DNA from: Botryllus schlosseri
Taxonomy: Eukaryota
Length of the DNA: 64,000 nt
Direction: 5' to 3'
Assembly: GCA_051294905.1 (NCBI GenBank)
Contig: CM119372.1
Span: 30,816,001-30,880,000, forward strand
The position numbers and the translations under genes are program-made. Below are positions 50,401-64,000 of this stretch, piece by piece (within the stretch, counting starts at the first letter, position 1; each line of letters begins with the position of its first letter). The notes under the pieces are model-generated. The model made no database searches, was not told the origin of the DNA, and saw only the letters and a list, made by a program, of their open reading frames with translations.

Positions 50401-52904
50401 ACCCTATTGTATCTTGCCGCACATGGCGTGTCGAAATCCGAGAAACAGTCACTGTACCACTTTGAGAGTTAGATCCCCTTCTACAGTGGAGATGTTTTGG
50501 TGCCTTTTAGCCAAAATGATCAATTAAATATTCCTGTATTTCAGAGCTACAAAATCAAATTGTCAGTATATTACTTCATCATACCATAAAAGAATATTCT
50601 GTTTAGTGTTGTGAACGACAACCTCAGATGTCCGTTATATAATAAGAGTAGCTTTGTTTGGAGTACATGGATGTTAAAGTTAAGAACTGGCTGCGGTGTT
50701 CCCTATGTCTTATCGAACTAAATTCAATGTGAGCAGTACTCTATACTACGTTTGGTTTGCTGGTCGCCGAAAGCAATAGGCCTACAATCAGTTCAACTTT
50801 TCCGTATCGCCAATCACAGAGCAGGATTTGGGGTGTGTACATTGGACTCGTATCTGATAGACATGAGTCCGAAACCGATGGTTGCTATAACAACTATGAT
50901 TTGATTCCTAATGTAGTGCATGCCATTATTAGATCGTCAATCAGTCGAGTATTCGTGGGGAGTGATTCAAGCGCGAAGTATTTCCAACAATCAGGTCTAA
51001 ACCCAACCAGACTTCGACCTCTACCCAATTGTCTTTAGTAAAACCCTTAAAATATGGGGGCAGACCTTGAAAATTTCTGAAAAGGTGCGCAGGACGAAAA
51101 ACATTAAAAACCACTGACCTAGAGAGAGAGCGATCGTGAGCCGCACTTTACGAACATGTAGCATATGGAAGCCAGGATTAGATTGACCACAGTTGCCGTT
51201 GCACAAAGAATGCGAGCATTAATCCGTATCTACGTCCCTAATTCATTTGGTGGGAACACGAACACTGGGCTTACTGGGTAATTTGGGGTGACGCTTCTCT
51301 ACCTCATGCGTAAATGGACACTTACTTGCTTGAAGATCACTCTTGTCGGGTCACAACCGTTGTGAAGACTAATAAGCCCGTCCGCAACCTTTCCATTTTG
51401 TCTTGAACCTAGTGCGGAATTACATTGTTGTACGTTGAAAGCAAAATCTGAACACAAGGCACATACCGTTCGTTGGCATTTGTACGCTTTTTTCATGTGC
51501 CAACTTGGTAGCAAAGTCGATGCATCGTCCTGATATATCACATCCAATCACCTAAATAAAACATAACCATAAATAAGAAGTTTGGTAATATCCTGACTAC
51601 AAATTAACCCATACATGAAAGAAATATCCAACCACTGATTCGGCTAGCGCTAAAGATATTTAAATTGGGCGTTGACATTTCCTGTGGTAAGATATAGAAG
51701 TGAATAAAATATAGATAAACTATAGACTGCAATAGAGCAATGCCATAAAGTTGATATATATACCAGTGATATGCTGTGCAGTGGTGCTGGTATTTGGATT
51801 TGATAGGCAACAGATTGTTAAATCTTCGCCTCATTTTGATTTGCATTTGGACACGGTACTTCTAGTTACGTCCAATTCGCAGGCCTTTTAAACTTTTGAC
51901 TGAAGATGAATTCAGTTCCGTTCCGTTCAGTTCCATTCAGTTTATTACCATTTAATCGATTCAACCCACCAATGCAATCAAAAGATACAATCGAAAGATA
52001 GTGGGAGTAGAAATGATTCGGAAAAGTTCATCAATCAATCTCGACCTTAGCCTAAAGGTAGCAATTAGGGCTGCGTATAAAACAAATGGCTGTTTAAAAC
52101 ATGTTTTAAACGCTGTTTTAATCATATGTGTTTTTTCATGTTGTATAATTATGCCATAATTGTGTAAATACTTTCTAGAAAACATGTTGTATAAGCCTAC
52201 GGACGATTACTACCCGATATAGGCGACGAACACGATATGGGATAGTTGGAACACTCAAATTAGTCGGTTCAACAGCCATAGCACGTAGATATTTTGTCAA
52301 ATGTGCTATATTCACCCCGTATTTTCAATTGTCAATGTCAATCCACTATGACGTCGCACTTGAACATTCGTGACATCATTGCTTGATGAAAAAAAACATA
52401 TTTTAAACGAGGGCCTTGTTTTAAACATGTTTGTTTTGAATTGATTTTGTTTTAAATGCAACCCTAGTAGCTATAAAAATATAAATCTACATCAAAAAGA
52501 GGCATGTACGCAGGATGAAAATAAATAAACATACTACGAAAAATATGCATGCAATAAAATTAGAAGCATGTGTCGGCGCGAGGCACACGCAACCAGCCCC
52601 AACGCAACGGAACTTTGATTTGAAAACAGGTCTGCAGAATATGCTCATTGCTCATGCCCATATCTGATATTTGCATACAAGCTTGGTAGCCAACATCGCT
52701 ACTCGATTGGAAGTAATGCAATAAATTTCTTCTTATTTACCTATAGCCGCGCTTGAATTATGTGTCAGTAAAATGACCATCGTCGGCACTGTCACTCAAT
52801 GAAAAGTACTTGAATTAAGAGTCACGTGGCATGAGCCTATAGAACGTTTACATTCTCTTCATTTGTCACCCAAATGAGCTGTCATTCAGTTGAATGTTTA
52901 TCTT

Positions 52905-52941
<37 letters not shown>

Positions 52942-55900
52942 AGGTTATTTAGCAAGTTCGACAGCACCAACCTCATCATACGCAGACGTCAGTTCAAAAG
53001 CAATTCTTCCCGGTCCGCACCCAACGACAAGAGCTCTTTCCTTCGTTCCTGCGCCAGGTTTGTGCAGTGGCAAAGTGCGGATTGAAAGATCCGAACAGTA
53101 TTGCACTTTTATAAGTTTTATTAAATTCTCTGTGGTGTCATCGCACAGAGCGCGAGACGTGGACTCTGTGAGGATCGGTTTCAGGCCTATTCTCTTCGCT
53201 TGCTCCATGTCGATATCATTTTCTAGATTATAAAATCGTCCATCCATAGAAAGGGTGCAAACATAATGAGCGGCATAACATATAAATGAGTCATTGTTTT
53301 ATGATATTCATGTTTTTTTCGACTGCAACGATCATTTAGTTTATACCTTACAGATATTATTTGATATGATTCCGTATCTGCCGATTTATTGCACGGTCCA
53401 CTACTAGGCTATCATATTGCAGATAGCGAGGAGAAGCCTAGATGGAACTCCGACACTTTGGTATAGGAATTCTGGAGTCGAATTCGATCGGACTCGCTGT
53501 TCCAGCCATAGATCATACCGCTACGCTGTCTCGCCACTTGCAAAATTTATAGTAAAAATATGTACTTTGACGTATATAGTGCAAATGACGTCACAATGAC
53601 GCCGACTTTCCTGCAGGTCCACCAAATATGTTACGATTTCAAATTTCAATCACGAAACACAAAAAACTTGATTTAGAAATATGGAACGCATTTTTCTGCA
53701 TGTAGATTTCATTGTCGACATTAAGCTTTTCGTAAGTCACAATGTTGCAAGTGTTGTACCAAATTATAAGAAGCACACAACTCTCTTACGACCAATTGTG
53801 AAAGCTAATGAAATTTGAAAAAAGTCACCATGTACTGTATGTTGGCTGTATAATAGAGGCTTGCAAACGGATAGTCGCGGAGTGGCTTTTACCAGAACTA
53901 TACGCCTTTGTAGCAGGAGCTGCATGAAATAAAGCTACGTAGAAGACGTGTAATATCAAAAAGACATCTGAGAATTCTTATTAAATTATGGTTTCCAAAA
54001 TCTTTTGGGTAAATTTTAATTTTTGAAGGTTCACCGATTCGCGAATTTTTTCCTAAGCTAAAAACGAGACATCTAAACCAGTGCTTCGCAGCCGTTTTTG
54101 ATGCGGTGGAATCCAAAAGTTATTGTGAGGAAATCGCGAACCCGGCATACTTTGAAGCAATCGATGTATTTATATGGTTGATAGCTGATTGCCTAAAATA
54201 AGGTCAGCATCTACGCAAACGACTCTCACCGGGTTCAAAACTGCAGCTTTGTTGAGTGTGACAAATTTGATTCGTATACTGGTGCAGCAGAAGGCTATTT
54301 TGGGGCACTTCTTATATGTTAGGTTGTAAAGTTGTCGCAGGGAATCGTTTCAATGAGAAAATACACTTACCATCCTCGCCATGACCAGAGACGTAAATGT
54401 TGGTCTTCACATAGATGACTGGGGAGGCGTCGTTTTGATCCACAGTTTTTGCAACACGGAAACCGAGATGTTGGAAGAAGTGCCGGCGAAACGAAAACCG
54501 GGCATAGGGAGATGCCTCGTCGCCACTCGAGACCCAGCTTCCGCCCTGGAAAAACACACAGAGTTGAGATCAAGTCACTATCTTGTAGAGCAGTGGTTCT
54601 CAAACTGGAATCCACGGTCCTTTTGGGGTCCAATACACTATATTTCAGGACCGCGAAGCATGTTCCAAACATGCAAACTATAGTCCGAAAATTAAATTTG
54701 ATTACTTATTTGTGATCCAAACTAGATGGTGGCCAGACATTATAGTCGTTAATCAACATCAGTAGAGTATTTTGGTGCAGAATCATTCAATTATAACATT
54801 TTAGTCGCTATTATGCATTTCTTAATTTCATTTTGCTTATACCCACTCCCGAAAAAAATACGCATAATTTTACAAAAGTTAGTTCACACATATTTGAAAT
54901 TATGAAAGCATCGCTTGAATCCGTTGAAATACTTCACTCTGGGGGTGCGCAACCTGCGGGTGCATCATAGGCATTTCGGCTCTGATCATTTACGCGCCAG
55001 GTCACACCAAGACTTATGAAGGGTTGGCCGACATGAGACTTCACGAGAAGTGCGCTGCCAAAAAGACCAATAGCGATAAAATCGCGTTGCCCAAAATTAT
55101 CACCGCATGTTGGCCGGATCCTTGATATTGGTATGTTCAAGCACCGAATAGTCGTTATCTAAGCCCCACGCGATAGAAATGCAACCCGTGGAGGAAAATA
55201 ATGCTCCGCCTGTTGAAATGTGAATTGAAAAGGGATTTTTTGTTTAGTTCAGTCTGATACGTGTGAGCGATTCCAATGTCTTTTTAGTAGCAATTGCCCG
55301 AGTTCACGAAATAACTACAACTTCAACAAAGTAATTTTTATTATTGACAAAATTGATTCCACAACTCGCTTCACACGACAAGCAAATAACTGAACACTGA
55401 TTTTCATACCACTGGTTGGTTCTTACTGTGCCGTTATGCAAAAATCATTTTGCTGCAGTTACATTACGGTGGCTTTTTTGAAGAAAATAGTTGCGGCTAA
55501 AATTTGTTTTCGATCTATTCTTCAATTTGAGACCACATCATTTTTAGAGAGCAGCGCCCCTTCAAGTATGACTGATCACGCCTACGGAAATAAAATTTCG
55601 CGGTCTTCCATTGTTTAATTCGTTCGAAATCACACCCCATTTGCCCGTAACACTTTACATTTACATCACAGGATTTTTGTCTAGCGAAATCAACATTCGA
55701 AAGCGATATATACCATAATCATAGTATGTTTTCCATCGTAGCACGGATCTGAAAAGTCTGGATATAGGAAATGAACTTCCTCTCCCGGTAATCCATTGAA
55801 GTGGTCTTCCACCCATTCCCAAACGTTCCCGAAGACGTCACAAAATCCAGCGTCAGAAGGGGGAAACATATTAACTGGCTGTCGAAAATTGATGATATAT

Positions 55901-58900
55901 CTTTGGTGAATTCACAGTATCATATTTGCTATTCACAATCATACAGTTGGTGAACCATAATACAAACGAAGATTGTGCTTTGTTTCCTCCGAGCCGTTAA
56001 CTGCTGACGACTCAGAATCATTACGGAGCGAGGTTCTCATCACGTGGTGTTCCGCTTCTGTTGGTAAGCGGAAATTTGGTCCTCTCCAAGCGCAGTACGC
56101 CTTAGCTTCTAAGTAATTGACTTCAACCGGCCAGTCGAGAGGCAATGAGATGACATCAAACATCAGTCTGAGTCTGGAAAATGTTTGAAAGTTACAGAAA
56201 ACCGACATGTCGCTTGTCTAGTGTCTATAAACACGATTATTTAGCACACATCAGCGGATTTTTTATTTTTGAATCCTAATCTCGCTCCAGATATAAGATA
56301 CAATTCCAAATACAGCTTAAAACAGGGGCGGCCAACGATTTCGGTCAAGGGGCCACGTAAGATTTGCAAACCATTGCGCGCGCCACTTGAATGTGTAGGT
56401 AGATGACCTATTTTAAAACGTCCGATAGGAGCAAACCGGATTAGGTAACGATGAAAACAAGACTTATTATGTTACTACGAATCATAATCGGTCACAATTA
56501 TGTCATGAAAAGTGAGTGAGCAATGCACTGTGCAATTGTGCATAGTAGGTCTACACTCACGAGCTAACCACGCGAAGCGCGAAAATCTTCCAAAGTTAAT
56601 GAATGAGTTCGGTCAAAACTAATGTCACTTGCATATGTCGCATCTGTATGTCGCTGGGCTCATTCGGCAAGGACATCATTATTCGGGGCTTGTACATGAC
56701 GTATAAATATCGGAGATTTCGGTGAATGTGCGTCTATCAACTTATGCAAAGGTTTCATCGCCGACCATCAATCTTGCGAGAGCAGTCGCGAAGTCGAATG
56801 TTGGACAACACATTCTCTCATAATTACGAATCTAGTCAGACTCATTTCAGTAAATTAGGCGTATTTTTAATTTTCAGGAGAGAGTACTAAAAGCAAAAAG
56901 TTGAGTGAAAATAAATCGCGCGAACTGCTAAGAAAAATATCAAGATAAATAATGCTACCACGAAATATTATACTTTATGGTCATATCGAAGATATGAAAA
57001 ATGCGGCTGGCCCCTGGCGTATACGCCAATGCGTCGGAACTAGGAACTGATATTATATTCATCGATTTCCCGATCCAAATTTTTGGTTTGCCTTGTAAGT
57101 TCCCAATAAATTACCTGGGTAATTTATTATTTGATATTTATCTAATTTCGAGAATTATCTCGCGGGCTACTCAAATTCATCTCGCTGCCACCGGTTGGCT
57201 GCTGCTGGCTTAACACAAATCATGAAATCCGAATCCCATCATAACCCAGGAAAAATCTGAAAAGCTGTTTTTGTTTCAAAACCAAATTCAAATCCATGGT
57301 AATCTGCGTTGCCGAGACAGCCCTACCGGAATCCATCGGTGTCCAACATGCAGTGGGTGTAAGCAGCCAAATTGTTTCCGCAACCGGACTTGCATCCTTG
57401 AGAGCATACCCAGAATGTCGGGTGCCTGAACAGAAGATTCCAAGTGAATTGCACAAGTTAAGTTTTGCGCAAAATCGCACTGAAAATTGAAGGGGTTTTA
57501 ATTAAGGCGATTTTTTTGACATGTCAAAAAAGTCAAAATTACGTCAAAATTGTAGCGTTAGGTTAAAAAATCTCAAAATTTTTTACAAAGTTGAAACTTC
57601 TTGCAACCTGCATTTCATTTGTATCGTAGATTTTGCATTGCCGATGAACTTATCATTTGACATTTTACTGCTTGTAGCCTGCTTTATAGGCCTATCGTTG
57701 TAGACGGTCCATTGCCGGCTCATTGTGAATAATAAACATTCAAATGAAACAAATAGGTGGACATGGCGTTATGCTGAGCGTACCGCAATATCCCAACTGA
57801 AGCAAGAATGCGTGGGCATTGCATGGTTTTTATATCAAGAAGCGCATGATGAAAAATGGTGATGTAGAAACCAATGCCAGAATGAAGCAACACGGTTTGT
57901 CACCAGCAGTGTACGCACAACTTCAGTGTTGTCAGCCAACATATGCTGCTGTTGAACGTTCTTTCTCAATTCTTGGCAAGCTACTTAGTAAGGAAAGAGA
58001 CTTTCTACCCAAGAATGCAGGAAAGCATCTTTTGTTGTACTACTTTTTTTTAAAATCATTTTTACCATAATGCGTAACGTAAGTACTGGAAATCTTCGCA
58101 GGGCCAGAATTCGTTAAAATAAAGTTTTTTCATGTAAAATTCTAATTTTTTTCCAGATCAAACTACTTCGTAAGGACAGACAGTTCCGACCAGAAATGAA
58201 GATAAGCAGTACAATTCTAACATTATGCGGGGAAAACACCTAATTTGCATAAGCCAGGTCAAATTTGGTCAAAATTAAGATTTTTAAAGTCAAAAATGTC
58301 AAAATCTTGATTTTTTAGCTCAAAATCTTTCCGTTTTTTAGGTAAAAAAAATCGCCCTGGTTATAACATATATTGGTCGGTTTTCCGGATTTCACCGGGG
58401 TATGGGGTATAAATCAGGTTTGGTACAAAACGCAACTTCCATGTCCGTACTTGGGCAGGGGTGGATTCTGTTGACGATTACCACCATCAGAAGACGCAAA
58501 AGGGTAATACCCGCTATCAAAATTCCCTCATGAACATGGCGTCATTTGCATGGATATAGTATAGGCTCGTTCAAACCGATCGGTACTGGTGTGAATGCCG
58601 TATTATGTACTGGAAAGCGCTGCTGATTTGATTTTCACCCCAATCCGTGTTGAAAATCTGGAAAACCCACCTAGTCTTAACCTTAAGTCTTAAGTCTTAA
58701 TTTGATTTACAGTGTAAGTCAATGGCTATCTTAAGTTCTGATTTCCTTGTAAGGCATACATATATTCCATACCATAAACACAACAGTTCCGAAAGTCACA
58801 TCATTTCCGAGGTGCTAGATATCATAAATATTGATCAAAGACTTTTGAGGTGAATTCTGGACTGGGATTTCATAATTCCACGCTAGGATGTTTCGAATTC

Positions 58901-61900
58901 AATTTTGGTTGGAATAATTCGTTAGACCAATAAAACTTTTGATTGATTCGGACTGAAGAAATTCAATTATTAATTGGTTAAGTCTTAACCTGAACTTCCT
59001 CTAGATTTGTGTAACAGCAGAATAGTCTAGGTACGTTCAGTAGTAATCTATCATGTTCGTTAGTTCCCTTATTCATAAGTATACCATCGCCATTACCATT
59101 ACATTCTTCTTACAAACAAATACAGTCAATGTTACCTCGCTTTCCTAAAAGTCTTCCACGTCCACCCTTCTTCACTCCAGAATGCCCTGTTTTCGTACCC
59201 GCCTGATTTCACGAATTCCAGATATTCTCCATTAGTAATGAGAAACTTTGAAGCCTCAAATTTCGAAACTCTGCCGTGCAATACATTTCGATCACATATA
59301 TGTCATGTCCTGGATTCGGGTACTAAGAGTTATGTATCCGACTAATCAAAATTATAGGGTTGTATTAGTAGTATTATTTCCAAATTTAGCACTGCTGGGT
59401 CCTGTACGTCTACGCTCAACAAAACAAAAGTTGATGCAAATTTCTATGCATACGAAATTTGAAGTAGATTACGTAAGGCATTCAGAAAGATTCCAAACGT
59501 GAAGACAAAGTAACATGTTTCAAAGTTTTGAGGTAAGTAGCATTAACATATGGTAATCCCCTCACCAGACCTGGCCTGGCATGTGATCATCCCAACATTA
59601 GTGTGCCGCGGTAAAGAACGAAACCTCCTTTCCTGGCGGTTACATAAATTTTCATATGTATCAAAACAGAATATACGGGCGTCAAACAGAAAAGAGGTTA
59701 CGTGGCCAGATTTAACTGGCATAAGAAATCGGGATTAAAACGATAATGTCGAAGTCCTAGTGATAACGCAATAACGAAAACACGGGGGTCGCGAGTGCGG
59801 TAAATTGAGCATGAGTATATGATTAACCCAAGTTATGCAATCGTATAGGTGTCATTTGCGAGCACCCTATACTACATATTGAGGCCCTGGCAGACACACG
59901 CCATGAAGAAAGACAGTAAACAAACATTATATATAGTGTAACAATAAAAGCAAATGTAACAGCACACTCCAACCAACCAATAAGATACAGTGAATTGTGT
60001 CGACGTACAAACTATCTAAGCGAGACATATATCGTTCGATTGTTAGAAAAATCCAACCTCAACTTTCTACATCCGTACTCGTTACTCCATCCCCACGTAT
60101 TCGAATCATCGTTTTTTCCTAACGTTACTGTGGCATCACCGGCATGAACCATAGGATTTTCAGATAATGGCTTAGCTGTAAATACGTAATTGTTAACATC
60201 GCGAAAGGAAAGATTCAAGAGCGTAACCTGCGGCTCAGAGTACAACAACTTACATGAAACAAACAAACAAACAACATATTAGGCGTATTGTCAGATCATG
60301 TGAGGATAATACGAAGTTGGTATGCTTTTCCACGTATCTGTACGATTGGGACGTATCTCAATTCGGCGGATTCGTGGTAATTGCGTCTGCGTATATTATT
60401 CTTTTGTCATGCCGCTGTTACGCATGGTGCAGTCGTAGTGGATACATTTTATCGTCATAGCCAGGTGAAAGCGAATGGCAATATCTGGTGATAAAATTGT
60501 AAGCACCCGAGCACAATACAGAAATGTAATTTTGTATATGCAATAGGTGGAAATGGTCAAGGTCATTTTCGTCGTTTGGATATGGATCAATAGGGGGATT
60601 AATAAAAAAAAAAACATTGGAAGGAGAGGATAAAACTTTTGAACGATGAAGCGATATCACGGATTCACTACAACGTATTAAACATTAAATATGATCAAAA
60701 ATTAATTTTGGGCTATTACAATGCACTCGGAAATCGAAATGTAAGTTTGAATATGTACGCTTTAGTTTGAGATTTTATTCTTATCGCATAACAACGGTAC
60801 AATTGTCGTGATATCCATCGCCATGAAAGCTTTTCCGGAGTCTTTCGATCAAGTATTCGCAGTTTGGTAGCAGGGGATAAAGAGTAAAAGCAGATTCTGA
60901 TCTTTGACAATGTCACTGGTCAAACATAGCGATAACATAGCGATGGCGACTTGAACGTTGATTGGAGGGAAGATATCCAACCCCGCACACACCACAGTAT
61001 TGATGGTGTAGTGAGATGGTGACACTGTGCTGTTATGTGTACGTACTGAAATATTTCTTTTCGGTGCTTTGTTATGGTTTATCATCCATAAAATGACCTT
61101 TTTAGCTTGTGACAATGATGGACGTCATATAGAATCAAAACTCATGATCATACATCAATTTTGCGACACAAAGGCCATACAGAAATTTTAGATGCCTATG
61201 CTATGCTGCGTACAACTGGACTTATGAGCATGCAACATAAAAAAATGCGACACTTGGATATGCTGCTATGCTTTAGCGCTTGGATTAAAGTTGGTGTAAC
61301 GCTAGGGTTGGCGTTAGATGCTGGCTTAAGTTATAGGTTACTGTTAGGGTTGTAGATCGGGTCTGGATTAGAGGTCGACCGATTATCGGCTTGGCCGATT
61401 ATCGGCGCCGATATTTGGAACTTTCTCGATTATCGGTATCGGCCAATCTAGGCCGATATCGCGACCGATATTTTATATCTAACTACAATCTACCTTTTCT
61501 GAACTGATCTGCAATTCTGTATCATGTTTTGATTTTCGGGTTATCCCAAATTTCAACGAATGTTCACAATTAAGCAATAAGTCTTTTCGATTTCAGTTTT
61601 CTCGTTTGTTGTTCACCTTTCTGTGGCATGAACAAGTGCCACCTTGCCTAATATATAATATTTTTGGCGAAATAGTTCTCTGCTCCTTCCATATTAATAT
61701 CGGCCTATGATATCGGTTATCGGCCTTGTGAGCGTCGAAATATCGGTATCGGTATCGGCCTGTAAAAATCAATATCGGTCGACCTCTAGTCTGGATGTGG
61801 GTTCATTTCGGGGTTAGGGTTAGGTTTAGGTTTAGTTTTGAGGTTATATAATCGCATGTCCAAGTGTCGCACGCTACAGTGTCGCATAGTCATATGAGAG

Positions 61901-63652
61901 ATCTATCACGGCGCATACATTTTTTTACATAAACAATCTCTCCCACCTAATGAAAGCGGGGCATACGCCCAACCCTGTGGCCTTTCCACCATTTCTACTG
62001 GTAGCTGACGTATTAGCACGGACGACGTTTCCAAATGAATTCTCTCGTGTTCCATACCCATGAATATACCCCACCATTTGCTATCCTGGGTTATAGGAAG
62101 GACCAACGTGGTGTTCAATATGGTCCTGCGAACGAGTTCCCGAACCTGCAAAGTTTAGTAGACTGTAATCTTTTGATAAACTAGCCGCGACTTTCTATTG
62201 CACCGCTGTAAGAGTTTCAGGGATGGGTTTCATTTCGCTGGTTTCAATTTGAATTACATTTGATGCTTCATAGGTACGAATCAAGTCCTTCGAATCTAGT
62301 ATCAAATGAATTTGTATTTTATCATTGAACTAAGAGGTTTTGATTTACATTTTCAAACTTCTTTAAGAAGATTATCTGGATTGTGCTGACACGTTCCACA
62401 TGCAAGCACAAAGGCCGATGGACGCTGGTTTACGTTGGACGCGGAAGCTCTGTTTGTGTATTATAATTTTGAGCACTTCATGGCGCTTCACTTCGCTTCA
62501 AATGCATATTGGCGGCAGCAACTGCGACGAATGGGTTGATCGCGATGTCGACGAATACAAATCCTAAGAAAAAGCGACTCCTTTTGGCGTTGTTACATTT
62601 TACTGACCCAAGGAAAAGAAAAGATCACCACTCAATATTGCAGCTAAGCTTCACTTCGCGTCGCTTCTCTTCTGGTCAACTCAATGTAAGCCGGCCTTAA
62701 TAGAGTTGTTGGTATATGCACGTACAGTGTACTTTGTACACATTGTTCGCCACACGCGTTCATACCGATAGGTCAGAGTAAATGAACATATTTGAGAGTT
62801 TTATTCGACTCCAGTGACGATATGCAAATCGGATTCGAATTGTCTCGGGTTCGATATGTGTTCATCCGCTATTTATTGATCATTTATTGGACTTAATGAA
62901 GGTTGTTAGGAACACGACTGCATCGGCCCGTAGAGTAGGCCTATGTGATAATAAGAAATTTAAACGACCACACCTTTAAACGATACGCTCTGGCTTCCTG
63001 CAAAGGAGGCCATTTGAACGCTCCCCCCATTCGATAATTTTCAACATCGTCCCAAGACATTTCATCGACTCCAGTCTCGAAAAGTGCCTCAAACTCGACA
63101 TCAACACGTTCCTAAATAATAACAAAAACAAACTGAAAATAGCACATTGGCGAGTCTAAAACCCACACCATGATGCGCGCGACCAATAGCGAGGGCAAAA
63201 CTCACACGTACCGTCAGTAAACCAGCCAGTAACATTTTATTGACAAACACAACAGCTGTGTGGCAATAATAGAAGATGAGCGGCATTCGAAGTCTGTCCG
63301 GTGTCTTGTAAAAATATTTTTCCTCTGAAAACACGATGTTGGTTCACATTTCACAGTGATATATTCATTACTGCCGGGGCGCGACATTATACCATCACAG
63401 AACCGTTGAGGCACCTCATTCTAGCGATTAGTATATCATACTATCATCGATTTATTATCTGTAAGCGTAACCTAAATGTGTTTCAATTAGTGGGTCAAGT
63501 GGTTTGACGTTTGGGAATAGTACTACATTTGGTGGTTCCGAGGAGAGATATCGTCAATCCCAGTGTTCAAACTTTCCATACGTGTACCTTTTATTGATGT
63601 AAATATCCATTCGTTGAGCGAGTATCCGTTTTCAAAATACTCAAGAATTTCC
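47426..63652 (-). CDS. ovoA: Ovothiol biosynthesis enzyme OvoA (5-histidylcysteine sulfoxide synthase + SAM methyltransferase), copy 2, apparently intact; first exon(s) not in window
   Basis: 15 exons, all GT-AG and phase-consistent: 63652-63588, 63324-63212, 63111-62974, 62145-61947, 60175-60058, 59270-59136, 57425-57327, 56173-55945, 55878-55714, 54545-54371, 53222-52972, 51551-51467, 51408-51326, 50269-50191, 47568-47426 (2077 nt, ends TGA). Motifs: PLIFYYCHTA, GVDEMSWDD, HERIHLET (HX3HXE iron motif), WPVEVNYLEAKAYC..RLPTEAE, DVFGNVWEW, HFLYPDFS, GGSW..FRRHFFQHLGFR, and methyltransferase RALVVGCGPGR. Confidence 0.95.
47761..48033 (-). mobile_element. SINE family B inside a copy-2-specific insertion of about 1.35 kb (about 47598-48951) in the last ovoA intron
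   Basis: Reverse-complement copy of 18671-18943; the whole insertion is absent at the equivalent site near 20765. Confidence 0.85.
52908..52939. repeat. (CA)n microsatellite
   Basis: Direct reading. Confidence 0.95.
53300..53538 (-). mobile_element. SINE family B, old copy predating the duplication
   Basis: Counterpart of 23005-23235. Confidence 0.75.
56323..57207. mobile_element. hAT-type MITE, copy-2-specific
   Basis: Ends CAGGGGCGGCCAAC / GTTGGCTGCTGCTG; TSD GCTTAAAA/GCTTAACA; empty site at about 28158-28165. Confidence 0.8.
57503..58358 (+). mobile_element. hAT internal-deletion derivative, copy-2-specific
   Basis: Ends AAGGCGATTTTTTT / AAAAAAATCGCCCTG; GTCAAAA subterminal repeats; remnant CCQPTYAAVERSFSILGKLL (hAT C-terminal motif); absent near 28447. 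Confidence 0.8.
61369..61788. mobile_element. hAT-type MITE with TATCGG subterminal repeats, copy-2-specific
   Basis: TIR TAGAGGTCGACCGAT / ATCGGTCGACCTCTA; perfect 8-bp TSD GTCTGGAT. Confidence 0.92.
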
Positions 63653-64000
63653 CTGTGATAAAGAGTGGGTGTTAAATTTCGAAGGCCTACACACTGACAT
63701 AATTTAATTACTACTGGACAGTTAGCGGAAAAGTAGCGTTTGTATTACCAAAGCGATGAGATGATAGACTTTCGGCGACTGACCCGGTGAACATGTGCTT
63801 ACCTAGTGATACGACTGATAATTGGCGCAGATGAACCGGTCCCGATCGTTATTCGTAATGATAGTTTAATTCCCTTAAGGGCATGAAATTCGTAAGCACT
63901 ATTGCTCACATGCTTTCAAGCTCAACTGTATGAATGGCTTCACTATGAACAAGTTGAACTGAACTGAATTGAGCAAGTTATGTATAGAGGATTGCAGACG

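Larger units (their letters stand above)
46135..64000 (+). repeat. Segmental duplication, copy 2 (runs off the window end)
   Basis: Same-orientation counterpart of 10750-34620; differs by point changes and copy-specific transposon insertions. Confidence 0.9.

Noticed and set aside
51299..51547. ORF-track 82-aa protein as a single exon
   Set aside because: It is two ovoA exons (51551-51467 and 51408-51326) in different frames separated by a 58-nt intron.
47426..63652. Bacterial contamination or recent horizontal transfer of ovoA
   Set aside because: 14 canonical spliceosomal introns containing host transposons, and linkage to an animal Frizzled gene.

Overview
AT-rich, intron- and transposon-rich animal genomic DNA. 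A marine invertebrate such as a tunicate is plausible but cannot be proven from this window. Contents: (1) the last three coding exons of a Frizzled receptor (Fz4-like) on + (1052-3968); (2) a large direct segmental duplication (about 10750-34620 vs about 46135-64000+) carrying two minus-strand copies of the ovothiol biosynthesis gene ovoA (DinB-like + FGE-like sulfoxide synthase + SAM methyltransferase). The right copy has 15 in-frame GT-AG exons in the window (691 sense codons, N-terminus not in view) and looks intact. The left copy has a reciprocal swap at two positions that map by motif to catalytic residues: the first iron-ligand His has become Tyr and the catalytic Tyr has become His. 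It has further clustered active-site changes, a 2055-bp deletion of three methyltransferase exons, and a CAG->CAT acceptor mutation whose exon skipping would restore the reading frame. It is either a re-purposed paralog or one that recently became a pseudogene. The rest is hAT-type DNA transposons and MITEs with 8-bp TSDs (including a 2.6-kb foldback made of two transposon 3' ends), CR1-like LINE fragments and two tRNA-derived SINE families. All calls are by manual reading and translation; no database searches were run.
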